Virus record (IMG/VR): IMGVR_UViG_3300017913_001906
Location: 1-50,898 of that record
Length of the DNA stretch: 50,898 bases
Direction: 5' to 3' (one strand)
DNA from: a virus
Lineage: Duplodnaviria > Caudoviricetes
The notes beneath the pieces are model-generated. The model searched no databases, was not told the origin of the DNA, and saw nothing but the letters and a program-made list of their open reading frames with translations. Every line of letters begins with the position of its first letter. The first letter of the stretch is position 1. The position numbers and the translations under genes are program-made. This document shows positions 1 to 9,977 of the stretch, piece after piece.

Positions 1-1
1 A

Positions 2-3000
2 GGCACAGTCAGTGTAGCAGACTTTACCCTATCAAATCAAGAAATAAATGTAAACAGTGGCGATATAGAAGTTGACAGTGGCAGTATTATTGAAGCAAGT
101 GCTGTTGCTACTGATGCAATTAAGATTGAAGAAAACAACATCTATGGTACAACCAGCAACGAACCGATAGAACTTATAGCTGGCGGATCTACTTTTAATG
201 AACAAGATAAGATATTTTCAGATGATAGAGCATCGTTTGATCAGTTTGGCTTTAGCGTAGATATATCAGGTGACTATGCTATAATAGGTGCATACGGAAA
301 TGACGATACTTTTAATCAAAGTGGTAGTGCTTATATATTTAAAAAGACTGGTAATACTTGGACTCAATTACAAAAGTTATTAGCAAATGACCGTACAGGA
401 TCAGACTGGTTTGGATATTCAGTTGCTATTGACGGAGACACTGCAATAGTTGGAGCCCGTAATGCTCCTGGCACAGTGGGAATTACAGATTCTGGAGCAG
501 CTTATGTGTTTGTCAAAATTGATTTTTTGGGTAGTGAAATTTGGACTCTGCAACAAAAGATATACGCAGCCGATTCTACAGATAGAGCCCGTTTTGGAAG
601 AAGTGTAGATATTGACGGAGATACAGTTGTTATTGGTTCAGAGCGTCAAGGATCAACGAATCAAGGTGCAGCTTATGTATGGACTAGAAGCGGCAGCACT
701 TGGACACAGCAACAAAAATTAGTGCATCCTACTCCTGTCGATTTTGACAACATGGGCTGGTCTGTTAGTATATCGGGCGATAATATTGCTGTAGGTGTAA
801 CAGGTAGAGATACTCCAAGTGCTTCCGGAAGTGTTCTTGTCTTTACAAGAAGTGGTAGTACTTGGTCATTACAACAGGAAGTAAGAGCTAATGATCCATC
901 CTCAAATGCGTCACTAGGAATTAGTGTGGATATAGACGGTGACAACCTAATAGCAGGTGCTTACCTTGATACGATTAATGGCGAAAGCGCAGCTGGGTCT
1001 GCGTATGTATGGACTAGAAGTGGTAGCACTTGGACACAACAGCAAAAACTTACATTGGATACTCCAGTAGCCTTTGATCAATTTGGTAACACTGTTAGAA
1101 TCAAAGGAGATACTGCATTTGTATATCGTCGGGCGTCCTCAGCATATAACTCTCAAGGAAATGTGCTTATATACAAACGGACTAACGGGGTATGGGCACT
1201 AGCACAAACACTTGTAAGTAGTGATAATGCAGCAGATAAAACTAGTTATCAATTTGGTGTCGGCCTGGGAGTAGACGTAAACGGTTCTATTATAATAGGT
1301 GAAAAAGGAAATAATTCTTCGGAAGGAGTTGCATATATCTACACTGAAACATTCTTCAAAACAGATATACAGAGTGATTTAGATGTAGGCGATAACTTAC
1401 ACGCCACAGGCAATATTACGTTTGGTGGCACTATTACACTAGGTAGTGGCGTAGAAGATGAAATTACTTTTGCCGCTGACGTAGCAAGTAACATTGTTCC
1501 TGATGTAGATAATACTTATATATTTGGTAGAGACACAGGTCTAGACAGTACAACACAAAGATTAGGCAACACTTTTGTTGATGATATAACTGCTGACACT
1601 GCAACTGGTGACGCTATTATAATCAACGGAGTAGACTATGCACTAGGTGTAGGTAACAGTTTTTATGTTTCCGAACACGGAGATGACACTAACAGAGGAG
1701 ATCATCCGCAAGGTGCATTTAGAACAATCAAACATGCACTGAGTGTAGTAGACGGCAGTTCAGGTGGTCCTACTACTATACACATATCAGCAGGAACATA
1801 CACAGAAGAATTTCCTCTCACAGTGCCTGAATCAACAAATATTATGGGCGCAGGATTTAGAGAAGTAGAAATTAAACCTACTGTTGCTACCCAAGACAAA
1901 GACTGTTTTTTACTTACCGGACAAACTACAGTATCAAATGTGACTCTAATGGATTATTACTACAACAGCAGTAATGATACAGGTTATGGATTCCGTTTTG
2001 CTAACAACGCTATTACAAGCACACGTTCACCTTATGTACAAAACGTAAGTGTTATAACAAAAGGTAGTGTAACAAGTGCAAGTGATCCAAGAGGTTTTAA
2101 CGAAGGTGATGCCGGTCGTGGTGCTCTTGTAGACGGCAGTGTGCTAGATTCGAACAGCGTACAAGCAAGCATGTTATTTCACAGTGTAACATTTATTACA
2201 CCTGGCGCTGTTGGTTTACGTATGAAAGACGGTGTCAGAGTTGAATGGCTAAACTCATTTACATATTTTGCAGACATTGGACTTAAAGCTGAAAACGGAA
2301 GCACAGGATTTGTTTCACCACATGACGGAAGCACACGTAACTATGGTGCTGAACTAAGATCAATTGGTAGTGCAAACGTGTATGGCAACAAAGGTGCAGT
2401 AGCAGATGGCGATGATTGTTTGATGTATCTAATACAACACAACATGGCATACATTGGCACAGGTGGTAACAAAGAAAATGACAAAACTCTTAGAGTTGAA
2501 GCAAACGAAATTTCTGAACTTAACAATGGTAACATTTATTTTCAAACCACAGATGCACTTGGTAAATTCAAAGTAGGAAATAGTTTCTTTGCAGACTTTG
2601 AAACAGGAACAACAAGTATAGATGCTGACACTGTTGCTTTTGACAATCTAAGTGAGATACGTATTACAACTGGCATGGACACCACGTTCATAGACGGTAC
2701 AAGGATTGATACAGGTAACTTGCTACTGTCAGGCAATAAAATTTCTAGCACCACAGGCAATCTTACAATAGATCCAATTACAAAAATTGAAATGCGTAGT
2801 AATGTTACTATGCAAGGCAAACTAGACCTCACAGGTGATATTTCAATTGGACAGACACTTACAAAAATTGGTGATGAAGCAAGTGACACAGTTAAGTTCA
2901 ACATGGACTTTACACAAAACATCGAACCAGATATAGGCGGTAGATTCAACCTTGGCTCAACTAGTAAACGTTGGCGTGATATATTTGTAAGTGAAGCAAA

Positions 3001-4660
3001 CATAAGCGACATAAAGATATTTGACAATCAAATAACAACTACTGTTAGCAACAGTGATTTAGAATTTGCAGCCAACGGCACTGGCAGGATTTATATTGAA
3101 AACAACAATGTTCAGATAGACAACGACCTTGAAGTTTTAGGAACTACAACAGTGCCTGAACTTGCTCCTACAGGAGATATTACACAAACAGGAAATTCTA
3201 ATCTCTCTAGAATATATGCTATAACCGGATCACTCACAGCTACAAATATAACAGTTCCAAGAGATGTAGCATTAAAACAATTTGATATTAGAGGAAACCA
3301 AATCTATAGCACAGTTACCAACGGCAATATATTTTTAAGAGCAGATGGTAGCGGAGAAATCAAAGTACCTTACAACAGGGTACAAATTGACAAAGATATA
3401 ACAGTTGGTAAAACTTTAACTGTAAATGTACCTAGTGGAGACATAGAGATATTTGGAAACATAAGCGATCCAAACTTTACTTATCCTAGAGCATATACAT
3501 TTACTGCAAATGGTATAACATATACTTACAATGCAGTAGGCGAAGATGATAGAAACTACTTTGTAGGAATAGGTAATTTAAATATACCAGGATTTTCTAT
3601 AGGTTGGTATAGCACCGATGTTTACACTAATGCAATTAAAGTTACATACACTCCGCAATCAGCAAATGATACACTAAAATTACATGATACAGACGGAATC
3701 GCACACTTAGGTTTAAGACCAAACACCTATCAAGCACCAAGTACAACTGGTTTGAATTTTACAAGTATTATTGACGCAGGTGAATACGATACTGGTAAAA
3801 TATTGATCAAAGACAATTACATTACTACTGTAGAATCTAATGATGATTTGGCTCTTAGTGCTGCAGGATCTGGTAATGTTCTAATTGAAAACTTAAGATT
3901 TGGTGACGGCGATTCAACTGCTAACGAAATTTACACACTTAGCGGTGACTTAGAATTTACACCTGCAGATAACGTAACAATATCCGGCACAAGTGCTTTG
4001 CTTTTACCGATAGGCAATGAAGCAGCTAGACGTAACACACTAGGTGATATAAGATTTAACAACAATAAAAATCTATTTGAAGGTTATAGCACAGGTGTTC
4101 TTACACTAGGTGGTGTGTATTCAGACGATCAACTGACTTTTGTAAATGTAAATCCAACTGGAAATTACATTGATTTTGAGATAGCTGGTTCAAATGTTGC
4201 AACTATAAACAGCACACAATTCGAAATGCCAGGATTACAAGCAGGTGATGTGTTGATTGACGGCAACACTATAACTACTACATCGTCAAACGCTGATTTA
4301 GAACCACGTGCAAATGGCACAGGAAATGTTGTTATCACTGGATTCTCTGACACAACATTTACAAACAGTATAATAGATAATACCTACAACGGCGCACTTA
4401 CTATTAGTGCAACTGACAAAGGATATGCTAAAATAGCTGACACATACGGTGTACGTATTCCAACAGGTGATAATTCTAATAGAGATGCAGGAGACAGTAC
4501 CGGTAATCAAATAGGTGATACAAGATACAATACCCAAGGTGAATACTTAGAAACTTGGGACGGAAATGTATGGCAAGTATCAGCAGGTGGCGGTGGTGAA
4601 ACCGTATCGCAAGACGAAATGGAACAACTTATCCTAGAATATAGTCTAGCACTAGGATAA
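2..4660 (+). CDS. Giant virion tail/baseplate-associated protein (5'-truncated) with an inserted 7-bladed FG-GAP beta-propeller; paralogue of 4806..9254
   Basis: The frame is open from base 2 (GTVSVADFTL...), so the track start at 476 is not the real start. It has seven FG.SV.I.GD...GA.....G.AY.(F/W) repeats and a beta-helix-like block shared with the next gene (YVSEHGDD..GDHPQ..F.TIKHALS, RSPYVQN, ASMLFHS.TFITPG, VRVEWLNSFTYFAD). It also has 'N.I.T..SN.DL...ANGTG' fibre repeats and a C-terminal SLALG helix. Confidence 0.8.
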   Translation, partial: GTVSVADFTLSNQEINVNSGDIEVDSGSIIEASAVATDAIKIEENNIYGTTSNEPIELIAGGSTFNEQDKIFSDDRASFDQFGFSVDISGDYAIIGAYGNDDTFNQSGSAYIFKKTGNTWTQLQKLLANDRTGSDWFGYSVAIDGDTAIVGARNAPGTVGITDSGAAYVFVKIDFLGSEIWTLQQKIYAADSTDRARFGRSVDIDGDTVVIGSERQGSTNQGAAYVWTRSGSTWTQQQKLVHPTPVDFDNMGWSVSISGDNIAVGVTGRDTPSASGSVLVFTRSGSTWSLQQEVRANDPSSNASLGISVDIDGDNLIAGAYLDTINGESAAGSAYVWTRSGSTWTQQQKLTLDTPVAFDQFGNTVRIKGDTAFVYRRASSAYNSQGNVLIYKRTNGVWALAQTLVSSDNAADKTSYQFGVGLGVDVNGSIIIGEKGNNSSEGVAYIYTETFFKTDIQSDLDVGDNLHATGNITFGGTITLGSGVEDEITFAADVASNIVPDVDNTYIFGRDTGLDSTTQRLGNTFVDDITADTATGDAIIINGVDYALGVGNSFYVSEHGDDTNRGDHPQGAFRTIKHALSVVDGSSGGPTTIHISAGTYTEEFPLTVPESTNIMGAGFREVEIKPTVATQDKDCFLLTGQTTVSNVTLMDYYYNSSNDTGYGFRFANNAITSTRSPYVQNVSVITKGSVTSASDPRGFNEGDAGRGALVDGSVLDSNSVQASMLFHSVTFITPGAVGLRMKDGVRVEWLNSFTYFADIGLKAENGSTGFVSPHDGSTRNYGAELRSIGSANVYGNKGAVADGDDCLMYLIQHNMAYIGTGGNKENDKTLRVEANEISELNNGNIYFQTTDALGKFKVGNSFFADFETGTTSIDADTVAFDNLSEIRITTGMDTTFIDGTRIDTGNLLLSGNKISSTTGNLTIDPITKIEMRSNVTMQGKLDLTGDISIGQTLTKIGDEASDTVKFNMDFTQNIEPDIGGRFNLGSTSKRWRDIFVSEANISDIKIFDNQITTTVSNSDLEFAANGTGRIYIENNNVQIDNDLEVLGTTTVPELAPTGDITQTGNSNLSRIYAITGSLTATNITVPRDVALKQFDIRGNQIYSTVTNGNIFLRADGSGEIKVPYNRVQIDKDITVGKTLTVNVPSGDIEIFGNISDPNFTYPRAYTFTANGITYTYNAVGEDDRNYFVGIGNLNIPGFSIGWYSTDVYTNAIKVTYTPQSANDTLKLHDTDGIAHLGLRPNTYQAPSTTGLNFTSIIDAGEYDTGKILIKDNYITTVESNDDLALSAAGSGNVLIENLRFGDGDSTANEIYTLSGDLEFTPADNVTISGTSALLLPIGNEAARRNTLGDIRFNNNKNLFEGYSTGVLTLGGVYSDDQLTFVNVNPTGNYIDFEIAGSNVATINSTQFEMPGLQAGDVLIDGNTITTTSSNADLEPRANGTGNVVITGFSDTTFTNSIIDNTYNGALTISATDKGYAKIADTYGVRIPTGDNSNRDAGDSTGNQIGDTRYNTQGEYLETWDGNVWQVSAGGGGETVSQDEMEQLILEYSLALG
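191..1350 (+). repeat. Seven FG-GAP-like repeats (about 55 aa each), probably one complete beta-propeller
   Basis: The blades begin DQFGFSVDISGD, DWFGYSVAIDGD, ARFGRSVDIDGD, DNMGWSVSISGD, ASLGISVDIDGD, DQFGNTVRIKGD and YQFGVGLGVD. Two blades end in the identical AYVWTRSGSTWTQQQKL, with near-identical DNA at about 671-720 and 1001-1050. Confidence 0.85.
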
Positions 4661-4680
4661 CCCAGCACTATTTTCCAAAT

Positions 4681-4690
4681 ACGATAAATA
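4681..4690 (+). promoter_or_regulatory. T4-type late promoter candidate (ACGATAAATA)
   Basis: Intergenic ATAAATA core, similar to the T4 late consensus TATAAATA. The same 10-mer recurs at 45751, at 45740 (minus strand) and at 47556, upstream of structural genes. Confidence 0.7.
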
Positions 4691-4697
4691 CTTATAA

Positions 4698-4800
4698 TGC
4701 TACAGAAGGGCCAATTTCTTAGCAGCACAAACCGTGGTTAACCAGCGATTGGGAAGGTCAAAACAGGTTAGAGGCACAAAATGATGCCCGTATTGAGGAG
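4698..4800 (+). ncRNA. Candidate structured 5' leader RNA
   Basis: About 110 nt of comparatively GC-rich leader lie between the late box and the SD (GAGGAG 4795-4800). Several stems can be drawn by eye (4698-4708/4715-4724, 4733-4747, 4773-4776/4785-4788). Confidence 0.35.
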
Positions 4801-4805
4801 AAGAG

Positions 4806-7800
4806 ATGGCAGTTGGTCGTATATCCGGTCCGCTCTTAAAGTCTAACTTAGTCCGTAATGGGATTGATTTAGCTTTTGAGACAGACCTACTTTATCTAGA
4901 TGTCACAAACAATCGTGTAGGTATCAACACATCAAATCCACAATACGATCTAGATGTAAATGGTACAACACGCACACAAAACTTAACCGTTACAGGCGGA
5001 ACTGCCGAAATGGCAGGCATTAAGTTTGAAAATAATACTCTTTCAACAACAGCATCAACTATTACACTAGGCACACTAGACAACGTTATCTACCAAAAGA
5101 AACTGCGTGTAGGTGACATAGATATTGATGATAATGTTATACAAACAAACACAAGCAACAGCAATTTAGAAATCCGTCCTAACGGTACAGGAAAAGTAAT
5201 AGTGCGTTCAAGCATGGACGTACAAGGTAATATTCATGCAACAGGAAATATTTCAGCAGACGGAAATATAACACTTGGTGATGCAGATACTGATGACGTT
5301 GTATTTCAAGGTGAAGTTGCAAGTAACATTATACCAGATCAAGATGGTGCATATGATTTAGGAACTACTACAAAAAGGTGGAAAGAACTAAACAGTGTTA
5401 ATGTTACAGCAACTAATCTAAATGTAACAAATTTAACAAGTCCAGGCATGGACTTTACACAAAGACACGACAACATGTTATATGTTGCAGAAAACGGTGA
5501 CGACACTGCATTAGGTGATCACCCACAAAGTCCTTTTGCTACAGTTAAACATGCACTAAGTCAAGCAACCGCAGGCGATGTTGTTTACATATACGCAGGT
5601 GAATACACAGAAACATTTCCATTAACTGTGCCTGCAGGTGTTACTGTAAGAGGTGCAAGCATACGTTCAGTAACAATAAAACCAACTGTGCAATCAGAAT
5701 TTAACGATGCTTTCTTAGTAAATGGAGAAAGCACAATTGAAGAACTAACAGTCAAAGATTTTTACAGTGGTGGTAAGTATTTCCAAATTGCTACAGTGCC
5801 TGATGCAAACACTTTTACAGTTAATGTTGGCACAGCACCACAAGCACACACTTATGTAAGTGGAGGCACAGTTGACTCGGATGACAGCACTGTTGCTACA
5901 ATTTCTAATGCAGTTTACGATAACGCAACAGGTATACTTACAGTAACAACAAGTGCTCCTCATGGACGTTATTTAAATAACTATGTGTTCCTAAAAGATC
6001 TTGTTTTTAGTTGTTCAGGAACAAACCAAACATTTCCTAACAATGGTTATGCATTCCGTTTTGCAACAGATTTCGAAGTAACAAGTCGTTCGCCGTACAT
6101 AAGAAATATTACAGTTCTAACAAAAGGTAAAACAACAAGCGCAAGTGACCCAAGAGGTTTTTTAAGTGGAGACGCAGGTAAAGGCGCATACATTGATGGT
6201 GCTTATGCAACTTCTGCTAGTAAAGAAGCAAGTATGCTATTCCATTCAGCAACATTTATTACACCAGGTGTTGATGCAATTACAATGACAAATGGTGTGC
6301 GTGTTGAATGGTTAAACAGTTTTACATATTTTGCAGACAAGTCAATATATGCGTTTGACAGCAATGCAGGTATAAAGTACGCTGGTAAAACAGCATTACG
6401 TGTAAGCGGATCACCAAGTATAAGTGCAGGCGAAACAATTACATACTATGATGATGATGGTGTAACTGTTCTTGCAACAGGTACTATAGACAGTATTGTA
6501 AACAATAAGATTTTTATTGACGGCAAAGTTACAGGTTTCGAAGAATCCAATGAACGTGCAGGTAAAACAATAGCAGCTAATGGTGATGCACAAATAAGCA
6601 CAGCCCAAAAGAAATTTGGTACAGGTTCTTTACTGTTAGACGGCACAGGCGATTATGCAAGTTTAGCAAGTTCAAATGATTTCGGATTTACAACCGGTGA
6701 CTTCAGCATAAACTTTTGGGTAAGACTTGATGCAATAGGTTCTGGTGCACAAAACCTATTTGACATGAGAGCAGGTAGTGCAAGTGATCCTGTTCCAAGA
6801 ATATACACACAAAGCGGAACTATTTACTATGATGTTGGAGGCACTGCTAGAATTACAGGAAGCAGTGCGCTCAGTGCAACTACATGGCATCATATTGCGT
6901 TAGACAGAAGCGGAACAAACACGAAATTATTTGTAGATGGTACACAGGTAGGTAGCACTTATACAGATTCAAACGATTACGGAAATATCAAACCTTTAAT
7001 AATTGGTGCTGACTATGCTGGTGCAAACGCAACAGACGGATACATTGATGATTTTAGAGTTGTAAAAGGCGCAAGTATATATCAAAGCAACTTCTCAGCA
7101 CCTACAAGCCGACATATCGTAACTCCAGAAACTGTGCTTATGGCACGTTTCAATGGAACAAATGGAGCAACTACATTTACAGATGATGTTGTATATTCAC
7201 AGGATATTAGATTTAGCGGAGGTGCAACAGCTGAATCATTCACACTAGTTGACTATTCAGACTTTGGTGCAGAAATACGTTTGATTGGATCTGCATCAGT
7301 ATATGGTAACTATGGACTGTATGGTGACGGTCCGGGTGTTGTTATGTATGCTATTGGACAAAACCTTGCTTACATTGGCACAGGCGCAGGAGAAGAAAAT
7401 GATCCTGGAAATGTAATACAAGCAAACGAAGTTGTAGAACTTAATGACGCAAGGGTAAGATATAATTCAGTAGACCACAAAGGCGACTTCCGTGTTGGTG
7501 ACTTGTTTTATGTAAACCAAGACGATGGTACTGTAACATTTACAAGTGCAAACTTTAACATCAATACCAACAGTGGACTTACATTTAGTACAGGCGGCTC
7601 AAACACAATTATAACAGGCGATAAAGTTGATACAGGAAACTTACGTCTAAGTGGTAATACAATTTCAAGCACAAGTGGAAATATTGTATTAGATGCAAGC
7701 AACGACGAAATAGTTTTTACAGATAATGTTGATATTAATGGCTCGCTTGATGTAAGCGGTGATGTTACTATTGGTGGTAATATTACATTTGGTGATAGTT

Positions 7801-9254
7801 CAAATGATAGCATACAATTTGTTGCTGGTATTGAAAGTGATTTAGTACCAAGCGTACACAACACATACAGTTTAGGTACAAGCACAAACACTTGGAACAA
7901 TCTTTACGTAAGTCAAATGTTCTTAGATGACTTTGAAATTAACACAAATGTAATCCAAACTACAGTAAGTAATGCAGATTTAGAACTACGTGCAAACGGC
8001 ACTGGTAAAATTAAAATCCCAGATAACAATGTACAGATTGACAACGACCTTACAGTTGATGGTACTACTACACTGGGCGACACCACTATAAATGGTGATC
8101 TTACTGTTACAGGAGATACAACTCAAACAGGTGATGTTACAGTTAGCGGAAATGTTACAGTTAGCACAGATCTTTCAGTTGGAAGCACTGCAACTTTCCA
8201 AGAAGTTAAAATACAAAACAACAATATAACAACTACAAGTAGCAACAGCGATCTAGAACTATATGCAAATGGTGTTGGGTTGATTTATATGCCTAGCAAT
8301 AATGTTGTTATTTCAAATGATTTAACTGTTAATGGTGCTATAAACATAGCTGACTTAACTACAGACGGAACTGTTACAGCAAGCGGTTTTGATACAGGCG
8401 ATATTCTTATACAGAATAATGTCATCAAAACAACAAACAGCAACAGTAATTTAGAACTAAGAGCACACGGTACAGGAAGTGTAACATTTGAAAACTTCCA
8501 ACTCAACGATAACACTATTAGCACAACAAGTGGAGACATAACCCTAAGTCCTGCAGGAGGAAGTGTTAGCTTTAATGGTAGTGGAGGCTTAAAATTACCT
8601 GTAGGTACAAATGCTCAACGTCCTACTGCACTAGCAGGACACATTAGGTTTAACTCAGACACTAGTTCATTTGAAGGTTATGACGGCAGCACATGGTTAA
8701 GACTGCACGGATTAGAAGATCTAGACGGTGATACTAAGATTACAGCTGAACTAACTCCAGGTGCAAATGATAACACAATAAGATTTATCATCCAAGACAC
8801 TACAATAGGTGATCTAACAAGTTCTAGATTAAGTGTGCCAAAGCTAGCCGTTGACGACATCGAGATTGATACAAATGTGATAAGTACAGTTACAACAGAC
8901 ACAGACTTAATACTAGACGCACAAGGCACAGGACGAGTTAGATTTGCAAACTTTGGCTTTAATGGCAACGAAATAATTAACACAGTAGCAGACAGTGTTA
9001 CAGAATTTAGAAACACTGGAACTGGTTATGTTAAGTTTGCAGGAACATATGGACTAGTTATACCCGTAGGTGATAACACTAACAAACCTTTACCTGCTGA
9101 CAGTGAACCAGGAATGATACGCTGGAACACAGCAGATGGAAGAGTCGAAGTATACGATGGTACAAGTTGGGGATCAGTAGTTGGTACATCAGGCGGTATT
9201 AGCTACGCAGACGCAGAGGATTTAGCAATTAGCTTGGCGATTAGTTTAGGATAA
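4806..9254 (+). CDS. Giant virion tail/baseplate-associated protein with inserted LamG/ConA-like domain
   Basis: 1482 aa with a strong SD. The N-terminus (MAVGRISGPLLKSNL..GIDLAFETDLLYLDV.NNRVGINT) and beta-helix-like core are shared in style or sequence with the upstream paralogue. A LamG-type insert lies at about 6560-7180 (KKFGTGSLLLDGTGDY, DFSINFW, WHHIAL.R, LFVDG, GYIDDFRV). The protein ends AISLG. Confidence 0.8.
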   Translation: MAVGRISGPLLKSNLVRNGIDLAFETDLLYLDVTNNRVGINTSNPQYDLDVNGTTRTQNLTVTGGTAEMAGIKFENNTLSTTASTITLGTLDNVIYQKKLRVGDIDIDDNVIQTNTSNSNLEIRPNGTGKVIVRSSMDVQGNIHATGNISADGNITLGDADTDDVVFQGEVASNIIPDQDGAYDLGTTTKRWKELNSVNVTATNLNVTNLTSPGMDFTQRHDNMLYVAENGDDTALGDHPQSPFATVKHALSQATAGDVVYIYAGEYTETFPLTVPAGVTVRGASIRSVTIKPTVQSEFNDAFLVNGESTIEELTVKDFYSGGKYFQIATVPDANTFTVNVGTAPQAHTYVSGGTVDSDDSTVATISNAVYDNATGILTVTTSAPHGRYLNNYVFLKDLVFSCSGTNQTFPNNGYAFRFATDFEVTSRSPYIRNITVLTKGKTTSASDPRGFLSGDAGKGAYIDGAYATSASKEASMLFHSATFITPGVDAITMTNGVRVEWLNSFTYFADKSIYAFDSNAGIKYAGKTALRVSGSPSISAGETITYYDDDGVTVLATGTIDSIVNNKIFIDGKVTGFEESNERAGKTIAANGDAQISTAQKKFGTGSLLLDGTGDYASLASSNDFGFTTGDFSINFWVRLDAIGSGAQNLFDMRAGSASDPVPRIYTQSGTIYYDVGGTARITGSSALSATTWHHIALDRSGTNTKLFVDGTQVGSTYTDSNDYGNIKPLIIGADYAGANATDGYIDDFRVVKGASIYQSNFSAPTSRHIVTPETVLMARFNGTNGATTFTDDVVYSQDIRFSGGATAESFTLVDYSDFGAEIRLIGSASVYGNYGLYGDGPGVVMYAIGQNLAYIGTGAGEENDPGNVIQANEVVELNDARVRYNSVDHKGDFRVGDLFYVNQDDGTVTFTSANFNINTNSGLTFSTGGSNTIITGDKVDTGNLRLSGNTISSTSGNIVLDASNDEIVFTDNVDINGSLDVSGDVTIGGNITFGDSSNDSIQFVAGIESDLVPSVHNTYSLGTSTNTWNNLYVSQMFLDDFEINTNVIQTTVSNADLELRANGTGKIKIPDNNVQIDNDLTVDGTTTLGDTTINGDLTVTGDTTQTGDVTVSGNVTVSTDLSVGSTATFQEVKIQNNNITTTSSNSDLELYANGVGLIYMPSNNVVISNDLTVNGAINIADLTTDGTVTASGFDTGDILIQNNVIKTTNSNSNLELRAHGTGSVTFENFQLNDNTISTTSGDITLSPAGGSVSFNGSGGLKLPVGTNAQRPTALAGHIRFNSDTSSFEGYDGSTWLRLHGLEDLDGDTKITAELTPGANDNTIRFIIQDTTIGDLTSSRLSVPKLAVDDIEIDTNVISTVTTDTDLILDAQGTGRVRFANFGFNGNEIINTVADSVTEFRNTGTGYVKFAGTYGLVIPVGDNTNKPLPADSEPGMIRWNTADGRVEVYDGTSWGSVVGTSGGISYADAEDLAISLAISLG

Positions 9255-9258
9255 TAAT

Positions 9259-9588
9259 ATGGCAACAACGTTTAAAAACAAGAACATAGCTTCAGTAGGC
9301 ACTGTACCTGTAGAAATACTTTCTACTACAGGTTCGCAACGAGCTACTATTGTAGGACTTAGTATTACTAACCTTACAACCAGCTTTGTTTATGTAACAG
9401 TAACAATAGATGACGACACAAGTGTTACAGGACATTTTATGAAAGATGTTTTGCTTCCAGCTAACACAAGTTTAAGAGCAGTGAATGGTGGCGAAAAATT
9501 AATTTTAGCACCAAGCAACACATTAAAAGTACAAAGTAGTCTAAGTGATAGTGTAGATGTATTACTTAGTTACGTGGAGATAACATAA
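9259..9588 (+). CDS. Small virion structural protein (beta-rich)
   Basis: 109 aa, MATTFKN...LSYVEIT, tightly coupled within the structural operon. It is similar in style to 22606..22926. Confidence 0.65.
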   Translation: MATTFKNKNIASVGTVPVEILSTTGSQRATIVGLSITNLTTSFVYVTVTIDDDTSVTGHFMKDVLLPANTSLRAVNGGEKLILAPSNTLKVQSSLSDSVDVLLSYVEIT

Positions 9589-9968
9589 TGACACAGTATG
9601 TAGGTAACAGTCCAACCGATGTTTTAAACGGTTTTATTAAAAGATATGCATATGGTTTACGTAGGAATGATGATGGAGAATTGTTCTTAATTAGATTGGA
9701 TCAGTTGCAAACAAGTGACAGTAATGTTATGGTAATTAACGATATAGGGGAAGGTATAGATAACTTTCCTGATTTTGAAGAAGGTATTGATTTCTTGGAT
9801 GGCATAGATGCAAATCATGATGCTGTATACAAAAACTTAAGATATCCGCAACTTAAATGGGATGGTAGAAGTTTGCTGTATTATGTTGATCCAAGTGATG
9901 GGCAATTTATATTAAGAATTTCAGAAGGTTATACGTATCCAACTGATCATTCAGCGGATGGGTACTAG
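9588..9968 (+). CDS. Hypothetical acidic protein, probably virion-associated
   Basis: 126 aa; TAATG stop/start overlap with the previous gene. Confidence 0.6.
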   Translation: MTQYVGNSPTDVLNGFIKRYAYGLRRNDDGELFLIRLDQLQTSDSNVMVINDIGEGIDNFPDFEEGIDFLDGIDANHDAVYKNLRYPQLKWDGRSLLYYVDPSDGQFILRISEGYTYPTDHSADGY

Positions 9969-9977
9969 GAGTAATAA

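Noticed and set aside
671-1050. Near-identical 50-bp DNA repeats as CRISPR or mobile-element repeats
   Set aside because: They are two in-frame FG-GAP blade ends within a CDS, with no spacer array.
4730-4770. CGTGGTTA resemblance to the start of a pistol ribozyme, or a c-di-GMP riboswitch
   Set aside because: The remaining conserved elements of those families could not be found. It is kept only as an unassigned structured leader.
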